NCBI GenBank assembly: GCA_965219455.1
Contig: OZ244744.1
Location: 1,824,001-1,888,000, forward strand
DNA from: Candidatus Latescibacterota bacterium
GTDB taxonomy: Bacteria; Latescibacterota; UBA2968; GCA-2709665
DNA: 64,000 nucleotides
Direction: 5' to 3'
How positions within the stretch are numbered: the stretch's first letter is position 1; each line of letters begins with the position of its first letter. Below are positions 1 through 9,859 of this stretch, piece by piece. The translations under genes and the position numbers were made by a program. The notes below the pieces were generated by a model. It was not told the DNA's origin and did no database searches. It saw nothing but the letters and a program-made list of their open reading frames with translations.

Positions 1-32
1 TTGCTTTTTGGTGAGAAGTGGCGAATTTTTAC

Positions 33-59
33 TGAACCCGTTCAACAGAAGGCGTGTCT
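33..59 (+). promoter_or_regulatory. Putative ECF-sigma-dependent (autoregulatory) promoter
   Basis: TGAACC (33-38), 17-nt spacer, GTCT (56-59) upstream of the ECF sigma gene; resembles the AAC / GTC ECF promoter consensus. Confidence 0.4.
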
Positions 60-187
60 TGCAGGATGTGAGAAGGGATATGCAGCGCCACTTACCGCGG
101 TGTTTGGGAAATTGAGTGTTATCCTTAGATCACATAAAGCAAATTCCGATAGCGTTTCATCTGCACGCCAAGACGCCGGAGTTCACC

Positions 188-751
188 ATGCTTCAGGAAC
201 GGGACCTGATCCAGCAGTGTCTTTCGGGAAATCGGGACGCGTTCCGGAAGTTGATTGAACCCCACCAGGACTTTGTCTTCCGCGTTGCGCTATCGGTTCT
301 GGGCAGGCGGGAGGAAGCGGAGGAGGCCGCTCAGGACGCGTTCGTCCGTGCTTACAGGGGCCTGGGTTCGTTTTCCGTTCAGGTTCCCTTTCAGGCCTGG
401 TTGTACCGGATTGCGGTTCGAACCGCACTGAACGCGCGGCGGCGGCGGCGGCGACGGCGGCTCCTGGAGCGCCTGACACCGCCCTCATGGTTCGGGAGCC
501 TGGCTTCGGCGCGGACGGACGCGCCCGATGTCGAGGCTGCGAAACGGGACGTGCGCATACGCCTGCGGGCGACGATTGACCGGCTGCCGAGAAAACTTCA
601 CGAGGTTGTGGTATTGACCTATCTGGACGAACTCGCCTGCGGTGAAATTGCTGAGATTCTCGACATTCCCGAAGGCACGGTAAAGTCCCGGCTTCACCGG
701 GCGCGAGAAAAATTGCAGAAAGAGATCAAGAGACAGGGTCTGTTGGACTGA
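188..751 (+). CDS. ECF RNA polymerase sigma-70 factor
   Basis: Region 2 (AEEAAQDAFVRAY...FQAWLYRIA) and region 4 (EIAEILDIPEGTVKSRLHRAR). ATG at 188 preferred over the TTG at 116. Confidence 0.95.
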   Translation: MLQERDLIQQCLSGNRDAFRKLIEPHQDFVFRVALSVLGRREEAEEAAQDAFVRAYRGLGSFSVQVPFQAWLYRIAVRTALNARRRRRRRRLLERLTPPSWFGSLASARTDAPDVEAAKRDVRIRLRATIDRLPRKLHEVVVLTYLDELACGEIAEILDIPEGTVKSRLHRAREKLQKEIKRQGLLD

Positions 752-756
752 CCGAA

Positions 757-1248
757 ATGAGAAAGGGTTGCAAGATGCTGAAATCCCGGTGTCGCGAAAC
801 CAGAAAGCGGATGCATAGCTACCTGGACGGCGATCTATCGCCCACGGACGAGGAGGCTATGCGGGCACACGTGGCGCATTGCGGGGATTGCGCGCCTGCG
901 TTTGAGCGTCTGCGTCGAAGCGATGACGCGGTCCGGAGCCATTTCGAGGCAACGGTCGCACATGTGACGGCGCCGGAGGGATTCTGGAGTGGTTTGTCGA
1001 ATCGGCTACTGCCGCCGCCGCCTCGCGCTCGGTGGCGTCCGCCGGATCTCCTCACAAAGATTCCCCGCAGGGTGCTTGCGCCGGCGGCGGTGGCCGCGGT
1101 GTTGATGCTTGCGATCTGGGGATTGGAGATGTACGAGCCGATTCCGCCTGCGGGAAAAAGGAGATCGGCGCCCGTTCGCAAGGAACTGGCGAAGATCAGG
1201 GCGTCAATCCTGGATATGGAAGCTGAACTGGAGCAACAGTGGAGGTAG
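757..1248 (+). CDS. Zinc-finger (ZAS/zf-HC2) transmembrane anti-sigma factor
   Basis: C...YLDGDL...HVAHCGDC (HxxxCxxC) motif, one TM helix (AAVAAVLMLAIWGL), directly downstream of the sigma gene. Confidence 0.9.
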   Translation: MRKGCKMLKSRCRETRKRMHSYLDGDLSPTDEEAMRAHVAHCGDCAPAFERLRRSDDAVRSHFEATVAHVTAPEGFWSGLSNRLLPPPPRARWRPPDLLTKIPRRVLAPAAVAAVLMLAIWGLEMYEPIPPAGKRRSAPVRKELAKIRASILDMEAELEQQWR

Positions 1249-1253
1249 GAGCC

Positions 1254-4200
1254 ATGCGCGGTTTGAAAACTGTCGTTCTGTTCTATCTGTTGCTGGCCTG
1301 TGCGAAAACGGCCAACAGCGATTCGCTGGATGTGCGTGTCCGGGGAATTCAAGGTCCTTTAGACAGCATTCATCTGAAGTTGGACGGGAGACGTTCTCTG
1401 CGCGCGGTGAAACCTGGACCGTCCTTGCCAGCTCCAGTTGGCGACTTCGAGGAAATGCTTACAGACTTGCGCAAGCGCAACCGCAAGTCGCTGCTAACGC
1501 TCAAACGGGACGTCGACGCGATGAACCTGGCGCTGGAGACCGGCTCGGTCAGCGCGGGCGAGACCCGGCTGCTGCTGGCCGATATCCGGATGCGTCGGAT
1601 CGACGCGCGCGCGAGCCTGAACCTGATGGGCTTTATGAACCGTCTTGTGAAGGACCGGGACCTGGCAGGCCGGTGGGGCGACCCGGTGCACCTGGTGATG
1701 CCCGCGCCGGCGACGCCGAACATCCTGGTTGTGAATCGCACCCGAGGACAGATGGCGGCCGACGTCTGGGACGCCGATACCATACGCGTGGGGTATATTC
1801 CGGCCTTCTCGGGGTGGGTTAAAGAGGACATGCCGAACGATGAAGCGCTGGAAAAGGCGGCGAACGTGAAGGCGGAGGTTTCCGTGCATAGCGCCGCGGC
1901 GGTGGCGGCCGCTATAGAGGGACTCAATGGAGGACAGGGCGGGGGCATCTCGGGGGCGATGACAGTCGTTACGGTCTCAGATCCCACGGGGGTGCACGCA
2001 CCGCCGGGGGCGGCCACCAAAGACCCGCCTGCACGCGGCGTGCTGGTCTTTCCGTCCGCCATGGTGCCACGCCCGGACCGGTTGCTGCTGGATCGCGCTG
2101 ACCCGGTTGCGATTCGGGCCATGGAGGGCGTCCGGCTTATCCATCTCGCCAACAGCGACACCCTCCTGGCGCGCCTGAATGCCGTACCGGAGGAACGGCG
2201 CACGGCTTTCGAACGGACAACCGGCCCTGAATCGGGCTATTGGTCCCACCGTGTACCGCGCCTCCCGCGGCAAACGCCGAACGGTGTTAACATGCAAAGC
2301 GACATCACGGGGCGAACGGCTGCAGAAGCGGCCCTGGTGACAGATCCCGGCGGGCCGGCAGCATACAACCAGGGGGTCGGTCTGCTGGATGCCGGCAAAT
2401 TCGACGAGGCCAAGCGGCAATTCGAGGAGGCGATTTCGGAGGACGGTCAGTACGCGCCTTCCTACGTGGGACTGGGAAGGGTCCATATGAAGCAGGGCAC
2501 CCGGGAAGACGCGAAATATTACCTGAAGAAGGCGTTGAAGCGGTCACCAGGGTCTCCCTCGGCATTGATGGCGCTGAGCGACGTGGCGATGCAGGAGGAG
2601 GATTGGGGGGATCTGAAGAAGTGGTCGGGGCAGATTCTCGTGCGGGATCCGGATAATCCGGAAGCGCTCTACCGGCTGGCCATCGCGCACCGGGAAGCCG
2701 GCAAATTCCAGGCGACGGTAATGCGCTGGTTGAATTGGCGGCGATCGGAACGGTACTTCAAACGACTGGTCGACGAAACTCCTCAATACCGCGACGCCTA
2801 CTATCAGTACGCGGTGCTCAAACGCTATGACAAAGCGTTTGAGCAGGCGATTCGGCTGGGCGAAAAACAGGTCGCTTTAAAGCCGGACGCCCCCGTCCAC
2901 CGGCAAAGGCTGAGGCGATTGTACCTGCATTATCTGGACAATTCAAATCCGAAGGATGCGCTGAACTGGATGCGCAGACACGGATCGGAATACGCGCGTT
3001 ACTTCGAGGGCGAGGCGCTTCGCCTCTCCAAACGGACGGCCCGCGCCGATACTGTCTTGCACGACTGGCTTGCGTCGGACCCGCGGTTGAGCGTGGTACC
3101 TGCGTATCTTGCCCTGGCGCGAATTGCCTATGGACGCGAAGCCGTTGAGGCCGGGGAGAAGTATTACGACAAGGCGGTGCAGAGCATCCAAGACTCGCTT
3201 GATGCGCATCTGATGTACGAAGACGTGAAATATGTCGTGAACGTCGAGGAGATGGACGCGTTTTCCAAACTCGAAACACCGGAGGAATTCCGGGAGTTCT
3301 TCCGTAAGGTCTGGGTAAGCCGCGACCCCACGCCCGCCGTGTTTCCCAACGTGCGACTGGCGGAACATTATCGGCGGATCCTGTATGCCGAGCGTTACTA
3401 TCTTTACGACGGCTTTCGTACGTGGTTTTACGATCCTGACCAAGGCGACAAAGTCCCGTATCCGAGTACGATCGAGTTGAACGACAGGTTTAACGATCCG
3501 GGTCTGCTATATATAAGGCATGGCCGTCCGTCGGATACGCAGAAGTTCTCGATGGCCGAAATCTGGCACTACTGGAAGACCGATGCGTTTCCTCAGATGG
3601 TGTTCAATTTTGTGGCAACGCCCAGCAGCATGGGCTCGAACTGGCGTCTCGTGGAATCCCTTTCCGGCTCGGGGAACTACAGAGCGCGCCTTAGATGGGA
3701 GAACGAGAAGTCCAGGCGCAAGGCACACCGCTCCGTGGAGATGGGGCTGCGTACGGACCGGCATTCGTGGGAGGAAGACGTGGATGAGCTGGATTACGAT
3801 TCCTACCTGGCGTATTTCAAGGGTGAAGGGGGCCGGGGCGACGTTGAGTTGTATTATGGAATGCCATTCAAGGCGTTGAAAAAGGACTACGGCCAGTTGC
3901 CCGATACGTCGGCGATCTACGAGTACGGGCTGGCGATGCACGACCTGCAATGGAATCGGTTCGAGAACTTGAGCGGACACGTACGAAAGGCGCAGGTGGA
4001 ACGATCGCGTTACGAGGGCAGGAGTTTCGGCGTTCTACGGCTTTCCGCGGACCCCGATTCAGGCCACGCTGCGTTTTTCCTGCGGCCCTCGCGGGGCCAC
4101 CGTCTGGGGGGTTGGAAGCAGGGCGTGCGAATTCCGGACTTCTCGGAGACCGAACTGGAAATGAGCAGCGTCGTGCCGGCGCATGTGATCTGGCCCGACG

Positions 4201-4589
4201 TCGAGGGAAACGACGGGTTCAACCTTCGAGGTATCCATGCCGTACCCAATCCCTCGCTTCGATTCTCACGTAATGATCCGGTGTACATCTATTTCGAGCT
4301 TTACAATCTGACGCCTGACGAGCGCGGCACGACGTCGTTCGAGGTCTCGTACGGTTTAACCCGCTTGAAACGGAAGGGCGTCAAGAGACTGCTCAGAATT
4401 TTCGGCAGCGGGGAAAAACCCACCACGTCCGTTACCGTTGCGCAACTGGGCGATACTCCGGATACAAGGGAATTCCGGTCGCTGGACCTGAGCAAAGCGG
4501 GTGGCGGGGAGTTTCTGCTGAAAGTAAAGGTCCGCGACAACCACGCAGGGACAGAGCGTGAAAAAACCGTGGAACTGGTTCTGGAATAG
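1254..4589 (+). CDS. Secreted TPR + GWxTD-like domain protein with an extra N-terminal region
   Basis: AGGAG RBS then signal peptide MRGLKTVVLFYLLLACA; TPR repeats; WVSRDPTP...NVRLAEHYRRILYA...NDPGLLYIRHGRP (divergent GWxTD); C-terminal PNP...YFELYNL domain shared with four paralogs. Confidence 0.85.
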   Translation: MRGLKTVVLFYLLLACAKTANSDSLDVRVRGIQGPLDSIHLKLDGRRSLRAVKPGPSLPAPVGDFEEMLTDLRKRNRKSLLTLKRDVDAMNLALETGSVSAGETRLLLADIRMRRIDARASLNLMGFMNRLVKDRDLAGRWGDPVHLVMPAPATPNILVVNRTRGQMAADVWDADTIRVGYIPAFSGWVKEDMPNDEALEKAANVKAEVSVHSAAAVAAAIEGLNGGQGGGISGAMTVVTVSDPTGVHAPPGAATKDPPARGVLVFPSAMVPRPDRLLLDRADPVAIRAMEGVRLIHLANSDTLLARLNAVPEERRTAFERTTGPESGYWSHRVPRLPRQTPNGVNMQSDITGRTAAEAALVTDPGGPAAYNQGVGLLDAGKFDEAKRQFEEAISEDGQYAPSYVGLGRVHMKQGTREDAKYYLKKALKRSPGSPSALMALSDVAMQEEDWGDLKKWSGQILVRDPDNPEALYRLAIAHREAGKFQATVMRWLNWRRSERYFKRLVDETPQYRDAYYQYAVLKRYDKAFEQAIRLGEKQVALKPDAPVHRQRLRRLYLHYLDNSNPKDALNWMRRHGSEYARYFEGEALRLSKRTARADTVLHDWLASDPRLSVVPAYLALARIAYGREAVEAGEKYYDKAVQSIQDSLDAHLMYEDVKYVVNVEEMDAFSKLETPEEFREFFRKVWVSRDPTPAVFPNVRLAEHYRRILYAERYYLYDGFRTWFYDPDQGDKVPYPSTIELNDRFNDPGLLYIRHGRPSDTQKFSMAEIWHYWKTDAFPQMVFNFVATPSSMGSNWRLVESLSGSGNYRARLRWENEKSRRKAHRSVEMGLRTDRHSWEEDVDELDYDSYLAYFKGEGGRGDVELYYGMPFKALKKDYGQLPDTSAIYEYGLAMHDLQWNRFENLSGHVRKAQVERSRYEGRSFGVLRLSADPDSGHAAFFLRPSRGHRLGGWKQGVRIPDFSETELEMSSVVPAHVIWPDVEGNDGFNLRGIHAVPNPSLRFSRNDPVYIYFELYNLTPDERGTTSFEVSYGLTRLKRKGVKRLLRIFGSGEKPTTSVTVAQLGDTPDTREFRSLDLSKAGGGEFLLKVKVRDNHAGTEREKTVELVLE

Positions 4590-4654
4590 GCGCTTCTGTA
4601 TTCTGTCCGGGAGATAGATTGCCGGAATTCAGCCGACAAGAAACAGCAAACACA

Positions 4655-4678
4655 GCTATCAGCTCTCAGCCGTCAGCT
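4655..4678. repeat. Short heptamer tandem (GCTATCA/GCTCTCA/GCCGTCA)
   Basis: gctatca-gctctca-gccgtca-gc in the intergenic region. Confidence 0.4.
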
Positions 4679-4817
4679 TGAATCAAGAGCCCGATCAATT
4701 GACGTCAGCGCCGTGACCTCTCCCCCCGGCCCCGTCAGAAAGAGCTTTCAGTGGTCGGTAAAAACCGAAAACAGGTGGCGTCAACGCTATTATGTGGGCG
4801 ACCGCGAAGGGCGAGAC

Positions 4818-4857
4818 CCTCACCCCCCAACCCCCTCTCCCAGTGGGAGAGGGGGAG
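4818..4857. repeat. REP-like palindromic element
   Basis: ccctcaccccccaaccccctctcccagtgggagagggggag contains the hairpin CCCCCTCTCCCA-G-TGGGAGAGGGGG; intergenic. Confidence 0.65.
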
Positions 4858-5002
4858 CAAGACCAGGCGGGCTGCATATTGTGGACACACGCAGGACCGT
4901 TTTGTAGTCCTTTGAGGTCCACCCGGACGAGTAAGCGCAAACCTGCTTACCTGAAACCGCGCCAAATTTGCGAAAGAACTGTTTATTTCCTGGGGGTTCA
5001 AA

Positions 5003-7336
5003 ATGAGACCAGCAGCGGTTATGGAGGTTCTGGCAATTGCCGCGATGACATTGTTCAACGCGGAGGCCGGGGTGACATCAATGCCCAGTGAGGACCGTAC
5101 GTTGGTGCAGAACCTCTACAGCGAGGGAATGGATCTTTTCGACAGCGACAGCCTGGACGCGGCAGCGTCAAAGTTCCGCACCGCGATCGAGATCGACCGG
5201 AAACACGCGCCTTCGTACGTCGGTCTGGGCCACGTGTATCTGAAGGGTGGAGATCTGAAGGCGGCCGAACGGGCGTTTAAGGATGCGCGGCGCAGGAAGC
5301 ACGATTACGCTCCGGCGTACAACGGACTCGGGTTGGTGTGGCGAGAAAAACCGAAAGGCCTGTACACGGCGATAGACTATTTCAAGATGGCACTGCAATA
5401 CGACCGAAACTATCTGGAAGCGAGGTACCATATCGCCGAGGCGAGGTACGCGTTGGGAGAATACGACGTTAAGCGAGAGGCGGAGAAGTTGCTCAAAATG
5501 GATGCGACATTTGCACCCGCATACCGGCTGCTCGGTGAATGGTATGAGACCTTCAAGGAAGATCATCTACGCGCGGTAGAGCACTACGAACGATACCTGT
5601 CTTTACAGCCCGATGATCTTGACGTCACGCTGCGTCTGGCCGGAGCGCTTGGCAAAGTCGGTGACCACGCTTGCGTTGTGGACCTGATGCGCAGGCAGAT
5701 GCTGAACAATCCGGATGCGATCGACTTGTCGCCCGTTCTCGCGAACGCCTATATCCAACTCGACTCCCTGGAAATGGCGGAGGTCGAATTCAGCCGATAT
5801 CTTGAAGTGTGTGAACCTGCTGAAAGGATGCTATATGAGGATATCCGACTCCTGGCTTCTCCCGAGGAATACGAGTCGTTCGGCCTGGCGCCGGATCGAT
5901 ACGCGTACTTGACCCGATTCTGGGGAGACCGGGATCCGGATCTGACAACGGCCGCCAACGAGCGGCGGTTGGAACATTACCGGCGCGTATGGTTCGCGCG
6001 GCGCCATTTTTCCAGGTCGAAGCAGCCTTGGGATACGCGGGGAGAGGTATACGTGAGATTCGGCGAGCCGGACCATCGTTCGAGGTCTGACTGGGTGAAT
6101 TTCCAGCAAAGCCTGGATGTTCAGCGTGTGAAGGAAGCGCTTGCAGGGCAGATCCACGGTGCGACAACGGCTTCGAGTTGGGGAGACATCCTGGTCGCGT
6201 TTCCGGTTCGCAGCATCCGCGGATTGCAAGACCTTGGAGGATTCATGGCGCCCGCCTACAGGCCGGTGCTCGCCAATCAAATGGACACCTCAATGGTCCC
6301 GTGGGAAAGCTGGGTGTATGTTAATAGTGGTGTGGGTGGGGGAATGGAGGTGACGTTTACGGATGAGATGTTGAACGGCGCCTTTGATTTCGCGCCGCCT
6401 CCGGTCGACGTGGATATCGACATTCGAAAACTGGCCATGTTTAGCCGGTTAAGTCCCAAAAATGTAAGTATGCGCACGGCCGCGCGCACACCAAACTACT
6501 ACCAGCCGCCCGAGAACGAAGATCCCCTCGAGTTCTACTACGATCTGGCGGATTTCCGCGGGCGGGTCGAAGCGGCGTCCGCACTGGAGGTCTACGCCGG
6601 AATTCCTCAGAAAATGGCGCAATACCTCGAGGCCGAGGACGCGACGTTTCTGGACGTCGAACGGACCGTAGCCGTGCTGAACAAGGAAACCGGGACGGTT
6701 TACCGCGTGCAGGGCGACGTTCGGTTCCGGCGGCAGGGAGACGTGAGGCAACAGGAGGGGGCGTTTATTCCTGACGTCGTTCGGCTGGACGTCCCGCCGG
6801 GCCACTACCGGATGGAGGTAAAAGCCAGGGACAAACGCACCGGCAGGCGTGGGAGATACCGACAGATTATCCAGGTGGAAGCCTATCCGGAGACCGGTCT
6901 TCGGATGAGCGACCTGGAACTGGCCTGGCGGATCACTGAGGACGATGCGGACGGCAAATTCAGCAAAGGGGAACTGCACGTCGTGCCGATGCCGACGCGA
7001 ACGTACGGAAAGGGCCACAGCGTCTGCGTATATTACGAAATCTACAACCTGGCCAGGGATACGTTCGGGCGCACGAAATACCGTGTCGCCTATACCGTCG
7101 GCGAAAAGGGAAAACCAGAAGTTGGCAATATCGCACGGCTGGTGAGGCTGCGAGGGAATCGACGCGTGGAAGTTGAGGTGGCGTACGAGCAGGTGGGGAC
7201 GGCTGACTCGGAGATGGAGTACGTGGCGTTACAACTGGGACATCAAAACGACGGGCGCCAGGTGCTGCAGGTGGCGGTCACGGATTTGAACAGCGGGGAA
7301 ACGGTGACCAAGGATGCAGCGTTCGTGGTGAAGTGA
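5003..7336 (+). CDS. TPR + GWxTD domain protein
   Basis: N-terminal hydrophobic signal, many TPRs, FWGDRDPDLTTAANERRLEHYRRV...PWDTRGEVYVRFGEP. Confidence 0.9.
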   Translation: MRPAAVMEVLAIAAMTLFNAEAGVTSMPSEDRTLVQNLYSEGMDLFDSDSLDAAASKFRTAIEIDRKHAPSYVGLGHVYLKGGDLKAAERAFKDARRRKHDYAPAYNGLGLVWREKPKGLYTAIDYFKMALQYDRNYLEARYHIAEARYALGEYDVKREAEKLLKMDATFAPAYRLLGEWYETFKEDHLRAVEHYERYLSLQPDDLDVTLRLAGALGKVGDHACVVDLMRRQMLNNPDAIDLSPVLANAYIQLDSLEMAEVEFSRYLEVCEPAERMLYEDIRLLASPEEYESFGLAPDRYAYLTRFWGDRDPDLTTAANERRLEHYRRVWFARRHFSRSKQPWDTRGEVYVRFGEPDHRSRSDWVNFQQSLDVQRVKEALAGQIHGATTASSWGDILVAFPVRSIRGLQDLGGFMAPAYRPVLANQMDTSMVPWESWVYVNSGVGGGMEVTFTDEMLNGAFDFAPPPVDVDIDIRKLAMFSRLSPKNVSMRTAARTPNYYQPPENEDPLEFYYDLADFRGRVEAASALEVYAGIPQKMAQYLEAEDATFLDVERTVAVLNKETGTVYRVQGDVRFRRQGDVRQQEGAFIPDVVRLDVPPGHYRMEVKARDKRTGRRGRYRQIIQVEAYPETGLRMSDLELAWRITEDDADGKFSKGELHVVPMPTRTYGKGHSVCVYYEIYNLARDTFGRTKYRVAYTVGEKGKPEVGNIARLVRLRGNRRVEVEVAYEQVGTADSEMEYVALQLGHQNDGRQVLQVAVTDLNSGETVTKDAAFVVK

Positions 7337-7399
7337 GGAAGGCCGGGCGCGGAAGCAACCGCATCCGATTCGGTTTGATTGAGTGGAAGGTTCCAGGCA

Positions 7400-9772
7400 A
7401 TGAGACAGATTATCGTCTTAATTGTGACGCTTCTGGCGACAGGCGAAGTACGTGCAGATACAAGGGACGCGCGGTTGGATTCGCTGTATCGCGAGGCATT
7501 GGCGCAGGTGGGTCAGGTAAATCCGAAGGAGAGTATCAAGGCATTTGAGCGGGTCTTGAAGCTGGACTGGAAATTTGCCCCAGCGCACTATCAGATCGCT
7601 GAGCTATACATGGAAATGAACACGCCGCTCACGCGCCAGAGCGCCCGGAAGGCGCTTAATCAAGCGATGCGGCTCGACCCTGAGAACAAGGACTATCAGA
7701 CAACGCTCGGCGAATTGCTCAGCAGACAGGGATTCCGGTGGCATGCCGTACGGCACTATGAGAAATTAGCGCAAGCGGAGCCGGAGAATGCGGAGGCGGC
7801 ATACTGGGCCGGGTATTTCGCAGTGCAGGATTATCTTCGTTATATCGATAGGCAGGACCCTTTCATCTTTATCGACAAAAGCCTTGGAAGGATGTTTTAT
7901 TGGAAACATTTCGCCAAGCGGGATCTCAAACGGGCGAGGACACATTTTCAGCAGAGCATTGAAGCGGATTCCGGTTTTAGAGGGTCATATTACCAGCTTG
8001 GTTTGCTGCATGTTGAGACCGGGCAACCCGAAGGTTTGATCCGCGTCTTCAAGTGTTTTTTGGAACAGACGCCGGAGGACAAGGATGGGTTGATGTTCTG
8101 CGGTTTGGGCTACCAGATGCTGGGTGAAATGAACGTGGCACACAACTATTACACGCGTGCCCTGGAGCAAATGACTGACGAAGAGCGGTCCATGATGGAG
8201 TCGGTGGATTTAATTGCGTCGAAAGAAGAACGTACACGGATGGCGCAAGCGATTACGTACGGAGACACTGACAGTGACAATTGGACAAATGACCGCCGCG
8301 ACCGCTTCTGGCGCAGTCTTGATCCACTTTTCCTGACGGGGTTCAACGAGCGGAAGATGGAGCATTATGGCCGGGTTGCGTACGCCAACCTCAGGTACAG
8401 CCGGCCATTCAAGGGTATTGCAGGATGGCAGACGGATACGGGTAAGACATTTATCAAGTTTGGACGGTATATTAAGCGAATTTCCTACGGTACGTTGAAA
8501 ACGTGGTTCTATGAGACATTTCGCATATCGTTCAAGAGCAGCGACGGCTTGGTCGGATGGTGGTTCGGACTGGGATCAGCTGGAGGCGGGGCCGTTGGAG
8601 ATCGGATGGAGAATGTTAGAATCGTTAATGGAAATGATACGTACTCCGTCACACAACTGCGAAACGATCTTGGCGACTTTTATGCGGGCAGGAATCGGAG
8701 GAATATGTGGGGAACACCCGAGCCTCCCGCCCGGCATGTATATCGCGACAAGCAGCAGCGATATATCGACCCGTATCGCGAACTGAAATATCGGATGCCC
8801 TACCAGGTCGCGGCCTTTCAGGAGGATGACAGTATTCGCGTGGAGTTTGCGTACGCCATTCCGAAGGAACGTGTGCGGGTGTCCGAGAAAGATGGCCTTC
8901 TGGACCTTGAGGACGGCGTGTTCTTGTTCGATGAACACTGGGACGAGGTCTACAAGCGAAAGATGGACGTCACCGTGCGGTGGCCTTTATTCGACACATC
9001 TTCTGAAACAAAAAGCGACAGTCTGCGGCGCAACCACGTGGTGTCGTTCCGAACGCTGCGGGTCGCGCCCAAACCGCAGCGTCTCGTGGTGGAGGTCCGG
9101 GATCGCGGCACGGGATCGATCGGGACCTTCCGCGAATTGCGGGCGTTCGGCACGGCGGATTCATTACTGACCATGAGCGATCTTCTCCTGGCTTCCGGCA
9201 TCCAGCCCAAAACACCGTTTCCCGAGGGGCGAGACGATCTTCGCGTCACGCCAAATCCTCTCCATACCTACGGCCGATCCGAGCCGGTCTTCATCTATCT
9301 CGAGTTATACAATCTCAAGAAAGACAGGTTCGGCCGTACCAAATACCGGATTTCCTACCGGCTGACCCGGCCGGACCGCGAGGAAATCCACCCTGAACGG
9401 TTCGCCGCCCTGGATGCGCCGGGCGCGGGCGCCACGGTGGAGATTCAGACCATCGTGGAAGAACCGATAATCGAGAGTGAAGAAGACCTTTGGCGGGATG
9501 AAACCGACGCGTCCGTGAGTTACCGCGTGAAATACATCCTTCCCGAGCGAAACAAAATCTCCGAGGAGATCGAAAGTACACCGCGTTCGCGCGAAAGCAC
9601 GGAGACGACGGTCACCGCACGATACCAGGGAAACCAGAAGGATGACTTCACCTTCCTGCAGATCGACGCCAGAAGCGCCCCCGCCGGTTTCCACAAACTG
9701 ATCGTTACCGTGAAGGACCTCTACACCGGCCAGATCGCGGAACAGGATGTGGTGTTCCGCGTGGTTGAGTAA
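7400..9772 (+). CDS. TPR + GWxTD domain protein
   Basis: Signal peptide MRQIIVLIVTLLATGEVRA, TPRs, FWRSLDP...NERKMEHYGRVAYAN...GWQTDTGKTFIKFG. Confidence 0.9.
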   Translation: MRQIIVLIVTLLATGEVRADTRDARLDSLYREALAQVGQVNPKESIKAFERVLKLDWKFAPAHYQIAELYMEMNTPLTRQSARKALNQAMRLDPENKDYQTTLGELLSRQGFRWHAVRHYEKLAQAEPENAEAAYWAGYFAVQDYLRYIDRQDPFIFIDKSLGRMFYWKHFAKRDLKRARTHFQQSIEADSGFRGSYYQLGLLHVETGQPEGLIRVFKCFLEQTPEDKDGLMFCGLGYQMLGEMNVAHNYYTRALEQMTDEERSMMESVDLIASKEERTRMAQAITYGDTDSDNWTNDRRDRFWRSLDPLFLTGFNERKMEHYGRVAYANLRYSRPFKGIAGWQTDTGKTFIKFGRYIKRISYGTLKTWFYETFRISFKSSDGLVGWWFGLGSAGGGAVGDRMENVRIVNGNDTYSVTQLRNDLGDFYAGRNRRNMWGTPEPPARHVYRDKQQRYIDPYRELKYRMPYQVAAFQEDDSIRVEFAYAIPKERVRVSEKDGLLDLEDGVFLFDEHWDEVYKRKMDVTVRWPLFDTSSETKSDSLRRNHVVSFRTLRVAPKPQRLVVEVRDRGTGSIGTFRELRAFGTADSLLTMSDLLLASGIQPKTPFPEGRDDLRVTPNPLHTYGRSEPVFIYLELYNLKKDRFGRTKYRISYRLTRPDREEIHPERFAALDAPGAGATVEIQTIVEEPIIESEEDLWRDETDASVSYRVKYILPERNKISEEIESTPRSRESTETTVTARYQGNQKDDFTFLQIDARSAPAGFHKLIVTVKDLYTGQIAEQDVVFRVVE

Positions 9773-9859
9773 ACGGGATAGTTGCTGCGGACTACAATCC
9801 ACCTGGCGTATTGTATGTGAATTCCGATACAGCCAGGGCTGAAACAGAAAGGGGAGCCT

